From: Macrostomum lignano
Lineage: Eukaryota
Assembly (NCBI GenBank): GCA_002269645.1
Contig: NIVC01001556.1
Location: 124,001 to 188,000, forward strand
Reading direction: 5' to 3'
Length of the DNA stretch: 64,000 nucleotides
Positions 24,101 through 37,109 of the stretch are shown here, piece after piece. The stretch's first letter is position 1, and every line of letters begins with the position of its first letter. The translations under genes and the position numbers were made by a program. The notes under the pieces were generated by a model. That model did not search any database. It worked only from the letters and a program-made list of their open reading frames with translations, and had not been told where the DNA came from.

Positions 24101-25169
24101 TCCATCGAGAGAGTCTGGGATCCATCTAAAGACTCTAGGATCCATCTAGAGAGTCTGGGATCCATCGCGAGACTCTGAGATCCATCTAAAGACTCTGGGA
24201 TCCATCGAGGGAGTCTGGGATCCATCTAAAGACTCTGAGATCCATCTAGAGAGTCTGGGATCCATCTAGAGAGTCTGGGATCCATCGCGAGACTCTGGGA
24301 ACCATCGAGGGAGTCTGGGATCCATCTAGAGACTCTGAGATCCATTTAGAGAGTCTGGGATCCATCGCGAGACTCTGGGATCCATCTAGAGAGTCTGGGA
24401 TCCATCTAGAGACTCTGGGATCTATCTAGAGAGTCTGGGATCCATCTAGAGACTCTGAGATTCATCTAGAGTCTGGGATTCAGCAAGAGAGCCTGGGATT
24501 CATTTTGAGACGTTGGGATCTATATAGAGAGTCTGCTGGGATCTATCTAGAGGGTTTGGGATCCATCGAGAGACTCTTGGATCCACCTGGAGACTCTGGA
24601 ATATGATTTAACACATGTAAATGCCAAATTTATGTTCATTAAACAGACGGAAAGTACATCTTAAGCATGAGCTCTTGAGCAAGTACGCACATACATCTCT
24701 TGCTCTTTTCTCTCTCCCTCACAAAAACACCGCAGTCTATCATTCCGCTCACGATGAGGCGGTGTTCCGCGCGTTCACCCGCGACAGCCTGATCATGCTG
24801 GACATTGGGCCGGCCGGTAGCGGCTCCGGTCTGGTGACTCTCGACTGGGACTACCCGGCTGCCTCGTTTCTAGCCGACCTTGGCGGATTGCTCGGCCTGT
24901 GGCTCGGGTGCAGCCTGCTGACCATCTTCGAGGCCGTCGACTTGCTGATGGCGCTGTGCGCGGCCAGTCGGCCGGTCCGCTGGAGCGAACAGCAGCCGGC
25001 CGCTGCGCCCGCCATCACGGCCGCCGTACACGCTCCTGCCGGTCCCAACGGCGCTGGCAATGACACGACTGCGATCATCGGGCTTGGAGAGCAGGCCCGT
25101 GGGAACAGGTCACATCCGCCAGGGGAGCGGCGATGGACCAGGCAGCAACTTAACGGCTCGGGACGATAA
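21124..25169 (+). CDS. Divergent DEG/ENaC/ASIC-family amiloride-sensitive channel subunit
   Basis: In-phase exons 21124-21783, 22764-23613 and 24736-25169. Features: pre-TM1 SSLHAVAHV, TM1 RRALWTLLL, FPDVYLC (FPxVTxC equivalent), a Cys-rich thumb (CLDRRA..RGC, CQLEQPCDSVHY) and TM2 FLADLGGLLGLWLGCSLLTIFE. Confidence 0.88.
21995..22450. repeat. 20-bp TCTAGA-core minisatellite in ENaC intron 1
   Basis: Units ATCTCTAGATGAGTGTCATT and AATCTTGAAGTCTCTAGGTG. Confidence 0.88.
23640..24600. repeat. 20-bp minisatellite (GATCCATCTAGAGACTCTGG)n in ENaC intron 2
   Basis: Tandem copies read directly; the unit is a reverse-complement relative of the intron 1 array. Confidence 0.93.
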
Positions 25170-25182
25170 CTGTTTTGAGGGC

Positions 25183-26563
25183 CTTAGCAACTCCGTGTGA
25201 TTGATTAGCTTGGATACGGACTTTAGCAACTCCGTGTGATTGATTATAATTGCATTGGATACGGACCTTAGCAACTCTGTGTGATTGATTAGCTTGGATA
25301 CGGACTTTAGCAACTCCGTGTGATTGATTATAATTGCATTGGATACGGACCTTAGCAACTCTGTGTGCTTGATTATAATAACCTTGGATACGGACCTTAG
25401 CAACTCCGTGTGATTGATTATAATTGCATTGGATACGGACCTTAGCAACTCTGTGTGCTTGATTATAATAACCTTGGATACGGACCTTAGCAACTCCGTG
25501 TGATTGATTAGCTTGGATACGGACCTTAGCAACTCCGTGTGATCGATTACCTTGGATACGGACCTTAGCAACTCCGTGTGATCGATTACCTTGGATACGG
25601 ACCTTAGCAACTCCGTGTGATCGATTACATTGGATACGGACCTTAGCAACTCCGTGTGATCGATTACATTGGATACGGACCTTAGCAACTCCGTGTGATC
25701 AATTACCTTGGATACGGACCTTAGCAACTCCGTGTGATCAATTACCTTGGATACGGACCTTAGCAACTCCGTGTGATCAATTACCTTGGATACGGACCTT
25801 AGCAACTCCGTGTGATCAATTACCTTGGATACGGACCTTAGCAACTCCGTGTGATCAATTACCTTGGATACGGACCTTAGCAACTCTGTGTGATTGATTA
25901 GCTTGGATACGGACTTTAGCAACTCCGTGTGATTGATTATAATTGCATTGGATACGGACCTTAGCAACTCTGTGTGCTTGATTATAATAACCTTGGATAC
26001 GGACCTTAGCAACTCCGTGTGATTGATTATAATTGCATTGGATACGGACCTTAGCAACTCTGTGTGCTTGATTATAATAACCTTGGATACGGACCTTAGC
26101 AACTCCGTGTGATTGATTAGCTTGGATACGGACCTTAGCAACTCCGTGTGATCGATTACCTTGGATACGGACCTTAGCAACTCCGTGTGATCGATTACAT
26201 TGGATACGGACCTTAGCAACTCCGTGTGATCGATTACATTGGATACGGACCTTAGCAACTCCGTGTGATCAATTACCTTGGATACGGACCTTAGCAACTC
26301 CGTGTGATCAATTACCTTGGATACGGACCTTAGCAACTCCGTGTGATCAATTACCTTGGATACGGACCTTAGCAACTCCGTGTGATCAATTACCTTGGAT
26401 ACGGACCTTAGCAACTCCGTGTGATCAATTACCTTGGATACGGACCTTAGCAACTCCGTGTGATCAATTACCTTGGATACGGACCTTAGCAACTCCGTGT
26501 GATCAATTACCTTGGATACGGACCTTAGCAACTCCGTGTGATCAATTACCTTGGATACGGACC
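25183..26563. repeat. 39-bp minisatellite (TTGGATACGGACCTTAGCAACTCCGTGTGATCAATTACC)n with higher-order structure
   Basis: Starts about 14 nt after the ENaC stop; variant blocks recur as a higher-order duplication. Confidence 0.95.
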
Positions 26564-27399
26564 AAGCGTCGAACATTCGGTTGCACATAATCATATGAAA
26601 TTGGCCTTCATTATTTGTTATGCTAGCTGCTAGCTACGACTAAAAATTTAAAGGCCGGTACTCGCAACCATTTTTACTCTAACGAATCTCATGGGTTGAG
26701 ATTGAGATTTCTGTAGCCAAACCCTTTTTGTCATTGTAAATTTATAATACAAAATATTATCAAAGTTTTTAAAGAGAAGAGTTTTAGTTTGTAAGTCTGC
26801 TAATCAATCATATATTTGGATATTCAAGGATATTCCCTGTACAGACACGGTGGCAGAGCAATATGAAAACACGTTTTATTTAGAAAAATATACAAATAAA
26901 ATATTAATTGGAAGTGGCACAAATATTGCTTATGTACACGGGGCCGACTAATAAAATTAATAATACGAAACTGGCTTAGAGAATTTGGATTTTTATCAAT
27001 TTCTATCTCTCATTAGCGCGCATACTGAGTCAATTAGGTAAATCATATTGGCCAGGCAAATTAGACATTACTCATAGTTGCAAATTGACACAGGAACGAA
27101 TGAAAACACAATGCCACGATTCTGAATTCACATGCTAATATAGGCTTATAAGCATTATTGAAGTTTCTTAGCTTTAATCAATAGAATACTACTATCTAAT
27201 TGCCTTATGACGGTACTAGCAGTAGAATGTGTGGATTAGACACGATTTTATGCTGTCAATTTACTGAAAAATCGTATTATGTCGCTGGCCTTATACTGAC
27301 CTTGGAAGATAAGTTGTACTGGACTAAAAATTATACTGCGGCTATATACTAACATGCAGGTATAAATCTATTGCTTAAATTCGGGTGTTCTATTCACTG

Positions 27400-27850
27400 A
27401 AACAGGGGGGATATCGGCAACCCTCACTGAGACTGGGAGGATATCGGCAACCCTCACTGAGACTGGGAGGATATCGGCAACCCACAAAGAGACAAAGAGA
27501 GACAAAGAGATATCGGCAACCCTCTTGATTGGAGACATAGGGAATATCGGCAACCCACATTAGAGAGACAAAGAGATATCGGCAACCCACATTAGAGAGA
27601 CAAAGAGATATCGGCAACCCACATTAGAGAGACATAGGGATATCGGCAACCCACATTAGAGACATAGGGATATCGGCAGCCCACATTAGAGAGACATAGG
27701 GATATCGGCAACCCACATTAGAGAGACATAGGGATATCGGCAACCCACATTAGAGAGACAGGGATATCGGCAGCCCACATTAGAGAGACATAGGGATATC
27801 GGCAACCCACACTGAGACAGGTGGGATATCAGCAGCCCACAGTCGGCCAC
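27400..27850. repeat. ~30-bp minisatellite with a GATATCGGCAACCCAC core
   Basis: Immediately 3' of the RUFY stop codon. Confidence 0.9.
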
Positions 27851-27857
27851 AGACAGG

Positions 27858-30800
27858 CTACTTAGCGGGGCCGGATGCATTGGAGTAGCGCTGCAGCAGG
27901 CGGGTGTTGCAGGAGTCGCACACCCGCTCAGGCTTGGCCGAGCTGGGCAGCGGCAGTCGCTGGTCGGAACAATCGGCGCAGAACACGCCACCGCAGTTCC
28001 GACAGTGATGCTTCCGCCTAGCAACTGAGAATTGCCGGTTGCACTGTTGGCAGCTAGTCACCTGGCGTTCGTCCGTCCACTCGGCCTGCTGTCCGGCCGA
28101 CTGTCCGGCTACGCCAAGCGAGTTCTGTTCCGACAGTTCGTTCAGTCTTAGCTTCATCGTGGACAGCTGGCCGGCCATCTCGGCCAGTGCCTGCTCCTGT
28201 CCGGCCACGGTCTCGCGCAGCCGGTCGCGCTCCTCGGCAAGGGCTGCCGTCGCTCCGGGGTCGCCAACGCCGCTGGCGCTACCGCCGCTGAGGACCTCTT
28301 TCCGACGGGAGAGGCTCTTCTCCTCCTCCTGCTGCTGCTGGGCGTCTTTCAGATCATCCTGCAGACTGACCCGCCATTCCCGCTCGATGCGCAGGTCGGC
28401 CTCCAAAGCGGAGCGCTGGGCCTCGGCTTCGGCCACCTGGCGGCCGAGCTTGCGGGCCGCCTCCTCGGCGCCGCTCAGCTGCGACTCGGCCTCGGCGGAC
28501 GCCTGCAGAATGCCGAGATGGACGACGGGTTGTTGACAGTCGGGGTGGTGGGTGTTGAGGAGTTAGATGCCATCCTCTGAGTTCGCTAGAGCAGCTTCTT
28601 TAGCTACCCCTCTGAGATCCTACCCCTGACTACCCTCTCAAATCCTACTCTACCCTCTCAGATCCTACTCTACCCTATCAGATCCTACTCTACCCTTTCA
28701 GATCCTACTCTACCCTATCAGATCCTACTCTACCCTATCAGATCCTACTCTACCCTATCAGATCCTACTCTACCCTCTCAGATTCTACTCTACCCTATCA
28801 GATCCTACTCTACCCTATCAGATCCTACCCTACCCTATCAGATCCTACTCTACCCTCTCAGATTCTACTCTACCCTATCAGATCCTACTCTACCCTATCA
28901 GATCCTACTCTACCCTCTCAGACTCTACTCTACCCTATCAGATCCTACTCTACCCTCTCAGATCCTACTCTACCCTATCAGATCTTACTCTACCCTCTCA
29001 GATTCTACTCTACCCTATCAGATCCTACTCTACCCTATCAGATCCTACTCTACCCTATCAGATCTTACTCTACCCTCTCAGATCCTACTCTACCCTATCA
29101 GATCCTACTCTACCCTATCACATCCTACTCTACCCTATCAGATCTTACTCTACCCTATCAGATCCTACTCTACCCTATCAGATCCTACTCTACCCTATCA
29201 CATCCTACTCTACCCTATCAGATCCTACTCTACCCTATCAGATCCTACTCTACCCTATCAGATCCTACTCTACCCTCTCAGATCCTACTCTACCCTATCA
29301 GATCCTACTCTACCCTATCAGATCCTACTCTACCCTATCAGATCCTACTCTACCCTCTCAGATCCTACTCTACCCTATCACATCCTACTCTACCCTATCA
29401 GATCCTACTCTACCCTCTCAGATCCTACTCTACCCTATCACATTCTACTCTACCCTATCAGATCCTACTCTACCCTATCAGATCCTACTCTACCCTATCA
29501 CATCCTACTTTACCCTATCGGATCCTACCCTACACTCCCAGATCCCATTCTATAAAAACCCTCTAGGCGACAAAAAAAACAAATTCCTAACCTGCTCCGC
29601 TCGTTGCAGCGCCGCTTGCAGCTCTTCATTTTTAGATTCAAGCCGAGCAACCAGAGTGGTCTTTGATGCCAGCTGGTCTTCACGTTCGCGCAGCTTAGCT
29701 GACAGATCCAGACTGAGCGTCTTGATTTCCTCCAGCTGGCGCCGCAGAGTGACCAGACTGTCCTGCTTGTCATGCACGTCTCGTTCAAGCAGGCGAACGG
29801 CCAGCTCCAGGTCTGTCCGCTCCCGTATCTGTCGCTGCAGTTCGCGTTCAAGTTCGAACCGGTTCTGCGTCTCCTCTTTTAAGCGACGCTGCAACTCCTG
29901 GTAGAGCTGGTCGAGGCCTTTTCGGCTCTCTTCGTGCGTCTGCCGCTCCACGGCCATGTCTGAAACAACGGAGAACGGGAGAGAGAAAGACGGACTAAAT
30001 TACGGACTCAAAAACGGACTAAATTACGGACTAAATTACGGACTCAAAACGGACTCAATTACGGACTGAAAACAGGATTTTATCACGGACTGAAAACCGG
30101 ACTAAATCACGGGACTACAGGACTAATTAAGTCACAGGACTAAATTACAGACTTGCAAATTACCTGATCGAACGGCTTCTTTCTGCTGTTCGTGCGACGC
30201 CTGCAGGCTGGCCTTCTCAGCCTCCAGCCCGGCCACACGCTCCTTGACAGTCGTGAGCTCGGCACGCAGCGCAGCCGAGGCCTGCCGTTCGTCCAGCAGT
30301 TCGCGACAGCTCCGGTCAAGCCGATCCTGCAACGCCTGACGCTGCTGACCGAGTTGGGCGAGCAGCTCCTCCTGGTAGTTGATCTGGTCCTGCAGGGCGC
30401 TGGTCTCTGGACCTGAGGAAGGGCGACAGATTGTATGGATGACACAGCAACTGAGGATCTGGGAGGCTGACCCAGCAACTGAGGATCCGGGAGGCTGACC
30501 CAGGAACTGAGGATCTGGGGGGCTCGCCTAGCAACTGAGGATCTGGGGGGCTGGCCCAGGAACTGAGGATCTGGGGGCTGGCCTAGCAACTGAGGATCTG
30601 GGAGGCTGGCCCAGCAACTGAGGATCTGGGAGGCTGGCCTAGCAACTGAGGATCTGGGAGGCTGGCCCAGCAACTGAGAATCTGGGAGACTGGCCCAGCA
30701 ACTGACACTGGGACTCCCTGGGAGGCTGGCCCAGCAACTGAGGATCTGGGAGGCTGGCCCAGCAACTGAGAATCTGGGAGACTGGCCCAGCAACTGACAC

Positions 30801-32436
30801 TGGGAGGCTGGCCCAGCAACTGAGGATCTGGGAGGCTGACCCAGCAACTGAGAATCTGGGAGACTGGCCCAGCAACTGACACTGGGAGGCTGGCCCAGCA
30901 ACTGAGGATCTGGGAGGCTGGCCCAGCAACTGAGGATCTGGGAGGCTGACCCAGCAACTGAGGATCTGGGAGGCTGGCCCAGCAACTGAGAATCTGGGAG
31001 ACTGGCCCAGCAACTGACACTGGGAGGCTGGCCCAGCAACTGAGGATCTGGGAGGCTGGCCCAGCAACTGAGGATCTGAGAGGGTGGCTCAGCAACTGAT
31101 GATCGGAGAGGGTGGCTCAGCAACTGAGGATCTGGGAGGCTGACCCAGCAACTGATGATCTGAGAGGGTGGCTCAGCAACTGAGGATCTGAGAGGGTGGC
31201 TCAGCAACTGAGGATCTGAGAGGGTGGCTCAGCAACTGATGATCGGAGAGGGTGGCTCAGCAACTGAGGATCTGGGAGGCTGACCCAGCAACTGATGATC
31301 TGGGAGGCTGGCCCAGCAACTGAGAATCTGGGAGACTGGCCCAGCAACTGACACTGGGAGGCTGGCCCAGCAACTGAGGATCTGGGAGGCTGGCCCAGCA
31401 ACTGAGGATCTGAGAGGGTGGCTCAGCAACTGAGGATCGGAGAGGGTGGCTCAGCAACTGATGATCGGAGAGGGTGGCTCAGCAACTGAGGATCGGAGAG
31501 TGTGGCTCAGCAACTGAGGATCTGGGAGGCTGACCCAGCAACTGATGATCTGAGAGGGTGGCTCAGCAACTGAGGATCTGAGAGGGTGGCTCAGCAACTG
31601 AGGATCGGAGAGTGTGGCTCAGCAACTGAGGATCTGGGAGGCTGACCCAGCAACTGATGATCTGAGAGGGTGGCTCAGCAACTGAGGATCTGAGAGGGTG
31701 GCTCAGCAACTGAGGATCTGTGAAGACAGACTCAGCGCCACCCAGAAATAGCCCGAGGCTTACCCTCCTGAGCGGCGGCCGACCCGTCGTCCTCGAAGCT
31801 CTTAGCCATGTACAAGCTGTAGCGAATCTCCCGCAACGGCTGCAGCAGGCTCGGTGCACACCGCTTATAATCGAACGCATAGTCTATCACCCCCAGGCCG
31901 ATGAGCAGTCCGCACACAACCTGAGCATCCTCGTGCAGCAGCAGTGCACCAGGCAGGTACAGCTCCCTTAGCCGGGCCTCCTGCATCTGCAGCAGGGCAC
32001 GCATGGCCTGGGCCAGGGACTTCCGCATCAGCATCAGGCGGCACCAGGCGCGCAGCCGACCGAGCCCGCTGCCACGGAGGCCGGCCAGCTCCTGCGCTGT
32101 CTGAGTCGCCTCCCTGGCCTCCGGACACACAGCCGGCAACTGTTCAACTGTTGGCCAAGGATTGCACACTCGCTCGTTGAATAATAGGCCGCCTCTAGAA
32201 GGACGGAGTCCGTGGCAGAACACGTGATCTAGCATTGTGAGCAGCTCGGACAGCGCGTCCTCGGACATTGTCCGGCCTCTGGTGACGGCCGAGTCTAGTA
32301 CGGATTTCACTGACAGACGCAAAGCGTGGACAATGTTCTGGCGTTGAATCGCCAAGTTGCCAGCGTCTGAGGAAGCTGAAGCTGCGGCGGCTGCTTCAGG
32401 CCCGCTGGCGCTATCGGCAGAGTCCGCCCTCTGCAT
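27858..32436 (-). CDS. RUFY: RUN and FYVE domain-containing protein (RUFY1/2/3-like)
   Basis: In-phase exons 32436-31764, 30412-30164, 29959-29592 and 28502-27858. RUN domain (LDHVFCHGL, GRLRAWCRLMLM), LQDQINYQEEL, LELAVRLLERDVHDKQDSL, LEADLRIEREWR, and a FYVE finger (WTDE..CQQC..RRKHHCRNCGGVFCADC..RVCDSC). Confidence 0.95.
28605..29535. repeat. 20-bp minisatellite (TCAGATCCTACTCTACCCTA)n in a RUFY intron
   Basis: Tandem copies read directly. Confidence 0.95.
30445..31720. repeat. ~28-bp minisatellite (AACTGAGGATCTGGGAGGCTGGCCCAGC)n filling RUFY intron 1
   Basis: Tandem copies; same family as 12052-12466. Confidence 0.95.
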
Positions 32437-34032
32437 GTGCGGCTGGCTGAGATTGAAATAGTTGAATTTTACCACTAACATTAAGGAATATTTGTAGTAA
32501 AAATAACACAATACCATCGATATTTAATGGTTGCTATAGGTTTTCTATAAAACATCAACCGCTTAGTATGTTAAATAGGATAAAAAGTTTGTATTGGGGA
32601 CTCCTGGGAGCCAGGATAAATGGAATTGGGACCCTACTACTATTAGTATCTAGGCATATATAGGGGTTTATATAGGTCATATAGAAGGATACAGGGGGGT
32701 TCATATCTCCAAAAATTGGTATCTCCAAAAATAGATTCTTTTACAACTCCAATACTTCATATTTTCAAAACTTAAATATGAAAGAGATGTATTCAGACTC
32801 AAAGAGATCAATTTTGGAGATATGAAAACACCCAAAAACACACAAAACATGCCTTTATAAGGCATATATTAGGTCTTAAGGTAAATATAGGGCACAAATA
32901 GAAATGAATTAAATTTTCAAATTGAAATCCCAATTCTATATTTAAACTCAATATATTTCCTATTCTATATCAAAACCATTAGCTTTTAAAGTATTTAGAT
33001 GGCCAATTGTATTTTTATACTATAGTCATCATTTATCCTAATCAAATTAAACAAGATTTTTTGATTTAATTTGCCTATTGTGCACTATAGCTACCTATAG
33101 ACTATTAGCAAATTTACTAATGTTTAATTTTTAATATAGCCAATATTTACTTTAGTAATAAACAATATATATATATTGATTTGTATATTTTAACCATATT
33201 TAATAATTAGTTGCTTTGGATTTATAATAAATCAATTATTATATTCATAGCCTACTTTTAAATTGACTTATGGCAAAAAATAATAATAAATGCTTTTAAA
33301 GAAAAAGATAATATTAAAAAAGTCTTTACTCTTTGGTATAAATGAAATCTACATATAACTATAAGTATATATACAAATTGTGTGAATACCAATACTATAT
33401 GGTATTTTTATGATTTTATGATTATGATTTGATTTTACTATTTATTCAATATCATAAGATTTGTAATTTATAAATGAAGAAGAATTTATAAAAAATAACA
33501 CTTCTAATAAATACTATGTTCTTCAATAACTTAACTAGTAAAATATAATAAGTAGGCCTAATAAATAAATATAAAATTCTAGAATTAATTGAAATCTTCT
33601 TATTGGTAATTCCAAATAGAAAAAACAAATATAAGAAAGATTTCAAATATTGCAATAGTTTCAACAATTCAATATATGTCTTTATAATATAGGCATAAGT
33701 TATCAATGCCAATAGTATTCTAGAAAAAATCTTACAGAAATAATTATATATTATCATTATCTGTGACGTTGCCAGTTTAAAGTGGTCCCGCAAAAGGGCT
33801 GTCGGACTACAATTTCCCTTGCAATTTCTCATTTAAAATTTCCAACTGTGTATTCTCACATTTACTTATAGTAGCACGCAACTAATTTGTACCAATTGCT
33901 AAATCACTGCGTACTTTGTAATCTTTGCGTATGCCTGTAGGGTCTCACGCAATCAATAATTTCCGTTTCTTGTTTTTCCCTCGCCAGCCAATGAAAACTC
34001 TCCGCATATATTATGTTAACCCTCCTGTGCTC

Positions 34033-34270
34033 CTTTATTAACCCCGCCTGGTGGCAGGCTGGGGGGTTTTCATGCTTGTCCTTGTCCACACTCGCGCTCC
34101 TCTTCTCCTCTTCCACCCTTGGCATTCTTTCCTTTCCTTCTCTCTCCTTATCTCTCGCCACGGCTCCACTCTGTCTAGGCCAGACTGTCTACGCACTCTT
34201 GCTCCATTGTGTACTGTCACGGGCTAACGCCCAATCTCGCCACTTTGTCTGCTTGCCTACTTGCTACTCA
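34033..34270 (-). mobile_element. Possible decayed 3' end of a non-LTR retrotransposon
   Basis: The minus strand reads KWRDWALARDSTQWSK, resembling the W..A.DR..W C-terminal motif of LINE ORF2. It is followed by a GCCTG/CAGGC stem-loop (34042-34066) and AATAAA. Weak, motif-level evidence only. Confidence 0.3.
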
Positions 34271-35768
34271 CTGCCATTGCTACATCACCGCCATTACTTG
34301 TTACTCACTGCCATCACCATGCTCACAGTCATCAGTTGCTACTCAGCTTCATCCCAATTATTATCATCTACTCAACTTTCATCTATACAACTAAATTACA
34401 TTAACCCATTGTTGCAGCTGCCAGTGCCCCATAACGTCATAAGCTTCTGTATTAATATTAAACATTGATAATTATAAATCAGTTGGCATCTTTTGTTATC
34501 TACTGCCATTGCCAAGTGCTACTACTACAAAATCTACTCTGCCATTGTTGAGTTCACCATCCTTTTAGGGCTAATAATGTCAATACTCTTGTCAAACCAA
34601 ACGGCCCTTTTGAGGGCTATAGCCACTACTACACCAATAACGTGACATTGTCAATATCATGATATGATCAAGTAATGCTAAAGGATAAAATGTATTAAAA
34701 CTATTCTTTTCATATAAAATAATACCTTTATACAATATATTATAAATAGACAATCTATGTACAAATTATACAATATAGAAAAACAAAAATAGACTAGCTA
34801 TACAATATAAAATGTTGATTTTTCATTTACAAATATAAGAATGTGTACACATACTTATATATAGGTGTAAGTCTCATGCAATGAATCCCCAATAAATCTG
34901 GACCGAGCCATTTGCATTGCATGCAAATTCGCACAGGTTGATACCATTTTTAGTATATGGATTTAGTATATTTAGATTATAAATTACAAGCATATTATAA
35001 ATGTAACAAAACCAATATTAGGCCTGGATGACATCCACTACTATTAAGGCAAGTAAAAAATATCACAGCTGGATTGGTGCAAATTTTGTTAAACGTTTAT
35101 TGCCTACTGCCCTTGGGCTTGGGTCTATTCTGGATTTCTGGACATCCATATACTAAAAATGGTCTGTCGGTAGGTATCTTATTAACTAATAAGAGTTTAT
35201 TAAGATCTGAATGGTCGTTACTTTGAATAGTTTTACTTTTAAATTAATAAAATTCTTGACCATTCTAAGTTTTTTCCATTAAGTGAAGTAACTGATCTAT
35301 TTCTTTTCGAAAAAAACTATGGTTCAGCAGGGTGCAGTCTCCGTGCACATTATCTATTTATCGTATTTATCGAATTACATCCAACGGTAGTAGTAGTAGT
35401 AGTAGTAGTAGTAAAATAAAAAATATCCAACGGTAGTAGGCCCTGAGTATCTTTTAAAAGATTATACTTTGAATTATCGCCTTTACGCGAAGCATTTGAT
35501 TTAAACAATGCAAAAAAATACGTTATGGCTTTTTAAAGCGATATATTTTCATATAGTAAAAAAGTTTAAAATATAAGGTTACTTAAACACTTATTTACTT
35601 TAACCAAGCTGTATGTCTGGCTTGGATAGCAACTAAGCAGTGCAGAATTTTAATATTTGTTTAATTTACATTTTCAGATTTTATAAGATTCGGTGAGGGT
35701 CTTTGAGTCCAAACCCAAGGACCAAGGTTCGTAGGACGTAGGCTGAGGCTCAAGTTACATAATCTTTA

Positions 35769-36475
35769 ATGGCTGGAAACAAAGAGAAGCCGGAGCTACC
35801 AGATCATGACTTCACGGCAAAGGATCGAATCTGGTGAGCTTCCAATCGTGGTTATTTTTTGCTAACTTTTGCTTTACGCCTTTAACAACTTTAGACAATA
35901 AAACGAAGGTAGAAATATTTTACCCTAAAATACTAAACTTATAACCAGAGATTAAGACTATGATTTATAAAAATAACTATACTACTATAAATAGATTTTC
36001 AATTGATATCAAGCACTTACCGGTATATATCTCTTGCAGGAAGGATCATTGCGACAAGGAAAAGAATTTCGCAAGACACTGGCAAGGCACTTGGGGTTTC
36101 ATGGCCCAGTCCTACGACGAGGTATGTACAGATTGCAAAATCAGTTCAAAATAAAATAAATTTACTGTTGGATTGAGTTATATTTACTGAATTGTTCACA
36201 CCCAGGTCATAAAAGACGAATTGCCAAAGCTTCGCAATCCGGAGCTGCAGAAGCTAAAACAGAATCAACTGAAGCAGCAGCAGACGGAGAAGTCCTCTGA
36301 CGACGGCTGCATTCGTGCCCAGCCGTCGTCGAAGCCAGTGCCGCGAACCACCGGTCGAGAGATCGGCTGGCGCTCGAGCGAGCCGTCGCTGGTGCTGGAC
36401 AAATACGGCAGGGAGGCCCGGCCTCGCGGCTCTCTGATTCGTCAGTTCAACTGGCCGACCGAGGCGCTGCCCTGA
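35769..36475 (+). CDS. CIMIP1: Ciliary microtubule inner protein 1 (C20orf85/LLC1 family)
   Basis: In-phase exons 35769-35833, 36040-36121 and 36206-36475. Motifs DRIWKDHCDKE..W..TWGF, PVPRTTGREIGWRS and a terminal L.RQFNWP match the family pattern DEIWK..WPQNWGF..PVPQTTQGFIGWRS..LCWP. Confidence 0.85.
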
Positions 36476-37109
36476 GCACAGAAAAATTAAAATGGCAGTA
36501 CCTGTTTTTGTTTACTGCGAGATTTTCAGTCAACACTGACCGTCAGCGCGATTCGGCGTTTTTTATTTTATTTTTGTTTTTTTACACGCCGATTAACAGT
36601 AATAACATTCTGCTAAAAATATTCTGCATTCCTTTGCACTGATAGATACTTTGTCGAAGTTTCTTCAGACGAAGGTTGTTACTGGTCAAAGCTTCTCATT
36701 TTCGTTATGCTCAAGTCACTTTATTTTTTAAACTTTATTTTATGCCTATTTTCACTGCTTGCCAAGTCAAATTCGCGTATTTTGCTCACATTTTATGGGC
36801 TTTGTTTGAATTTTAACCTACTTTATTAATTCATAATTGTTTTACTAGTTGTGCTTTTTTAAATAAACAACTCAAAGCTGCACTGGTCACTTTTACGCAC
36901 ATCAGCATGATAAATTTAATGAATAATTGTGGATTATTTTTATTTTGATTACATTTCAGCTGCTAAGTAGACAGTTTCCTGCAGCAGGCAATGTTGATCA
37001 GAAATAAATACAGATGAAAAAAGTTAAGGATCAACAGAAACAGAAACAAGTGAAAGTGAATACTGTACTGAGAGTGCAACTGACTTTAGGGCCGACTGAT
37101 CTCTGTAGT

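Noticed and set aside
33804-33818. GGACTACAATTTCCC resembling the ZNF143/Ronin promoter motif
   Set aside because: One-base spacing mismatch to the consensus, single occurrence, and no evidence the motif is used in this lineage.
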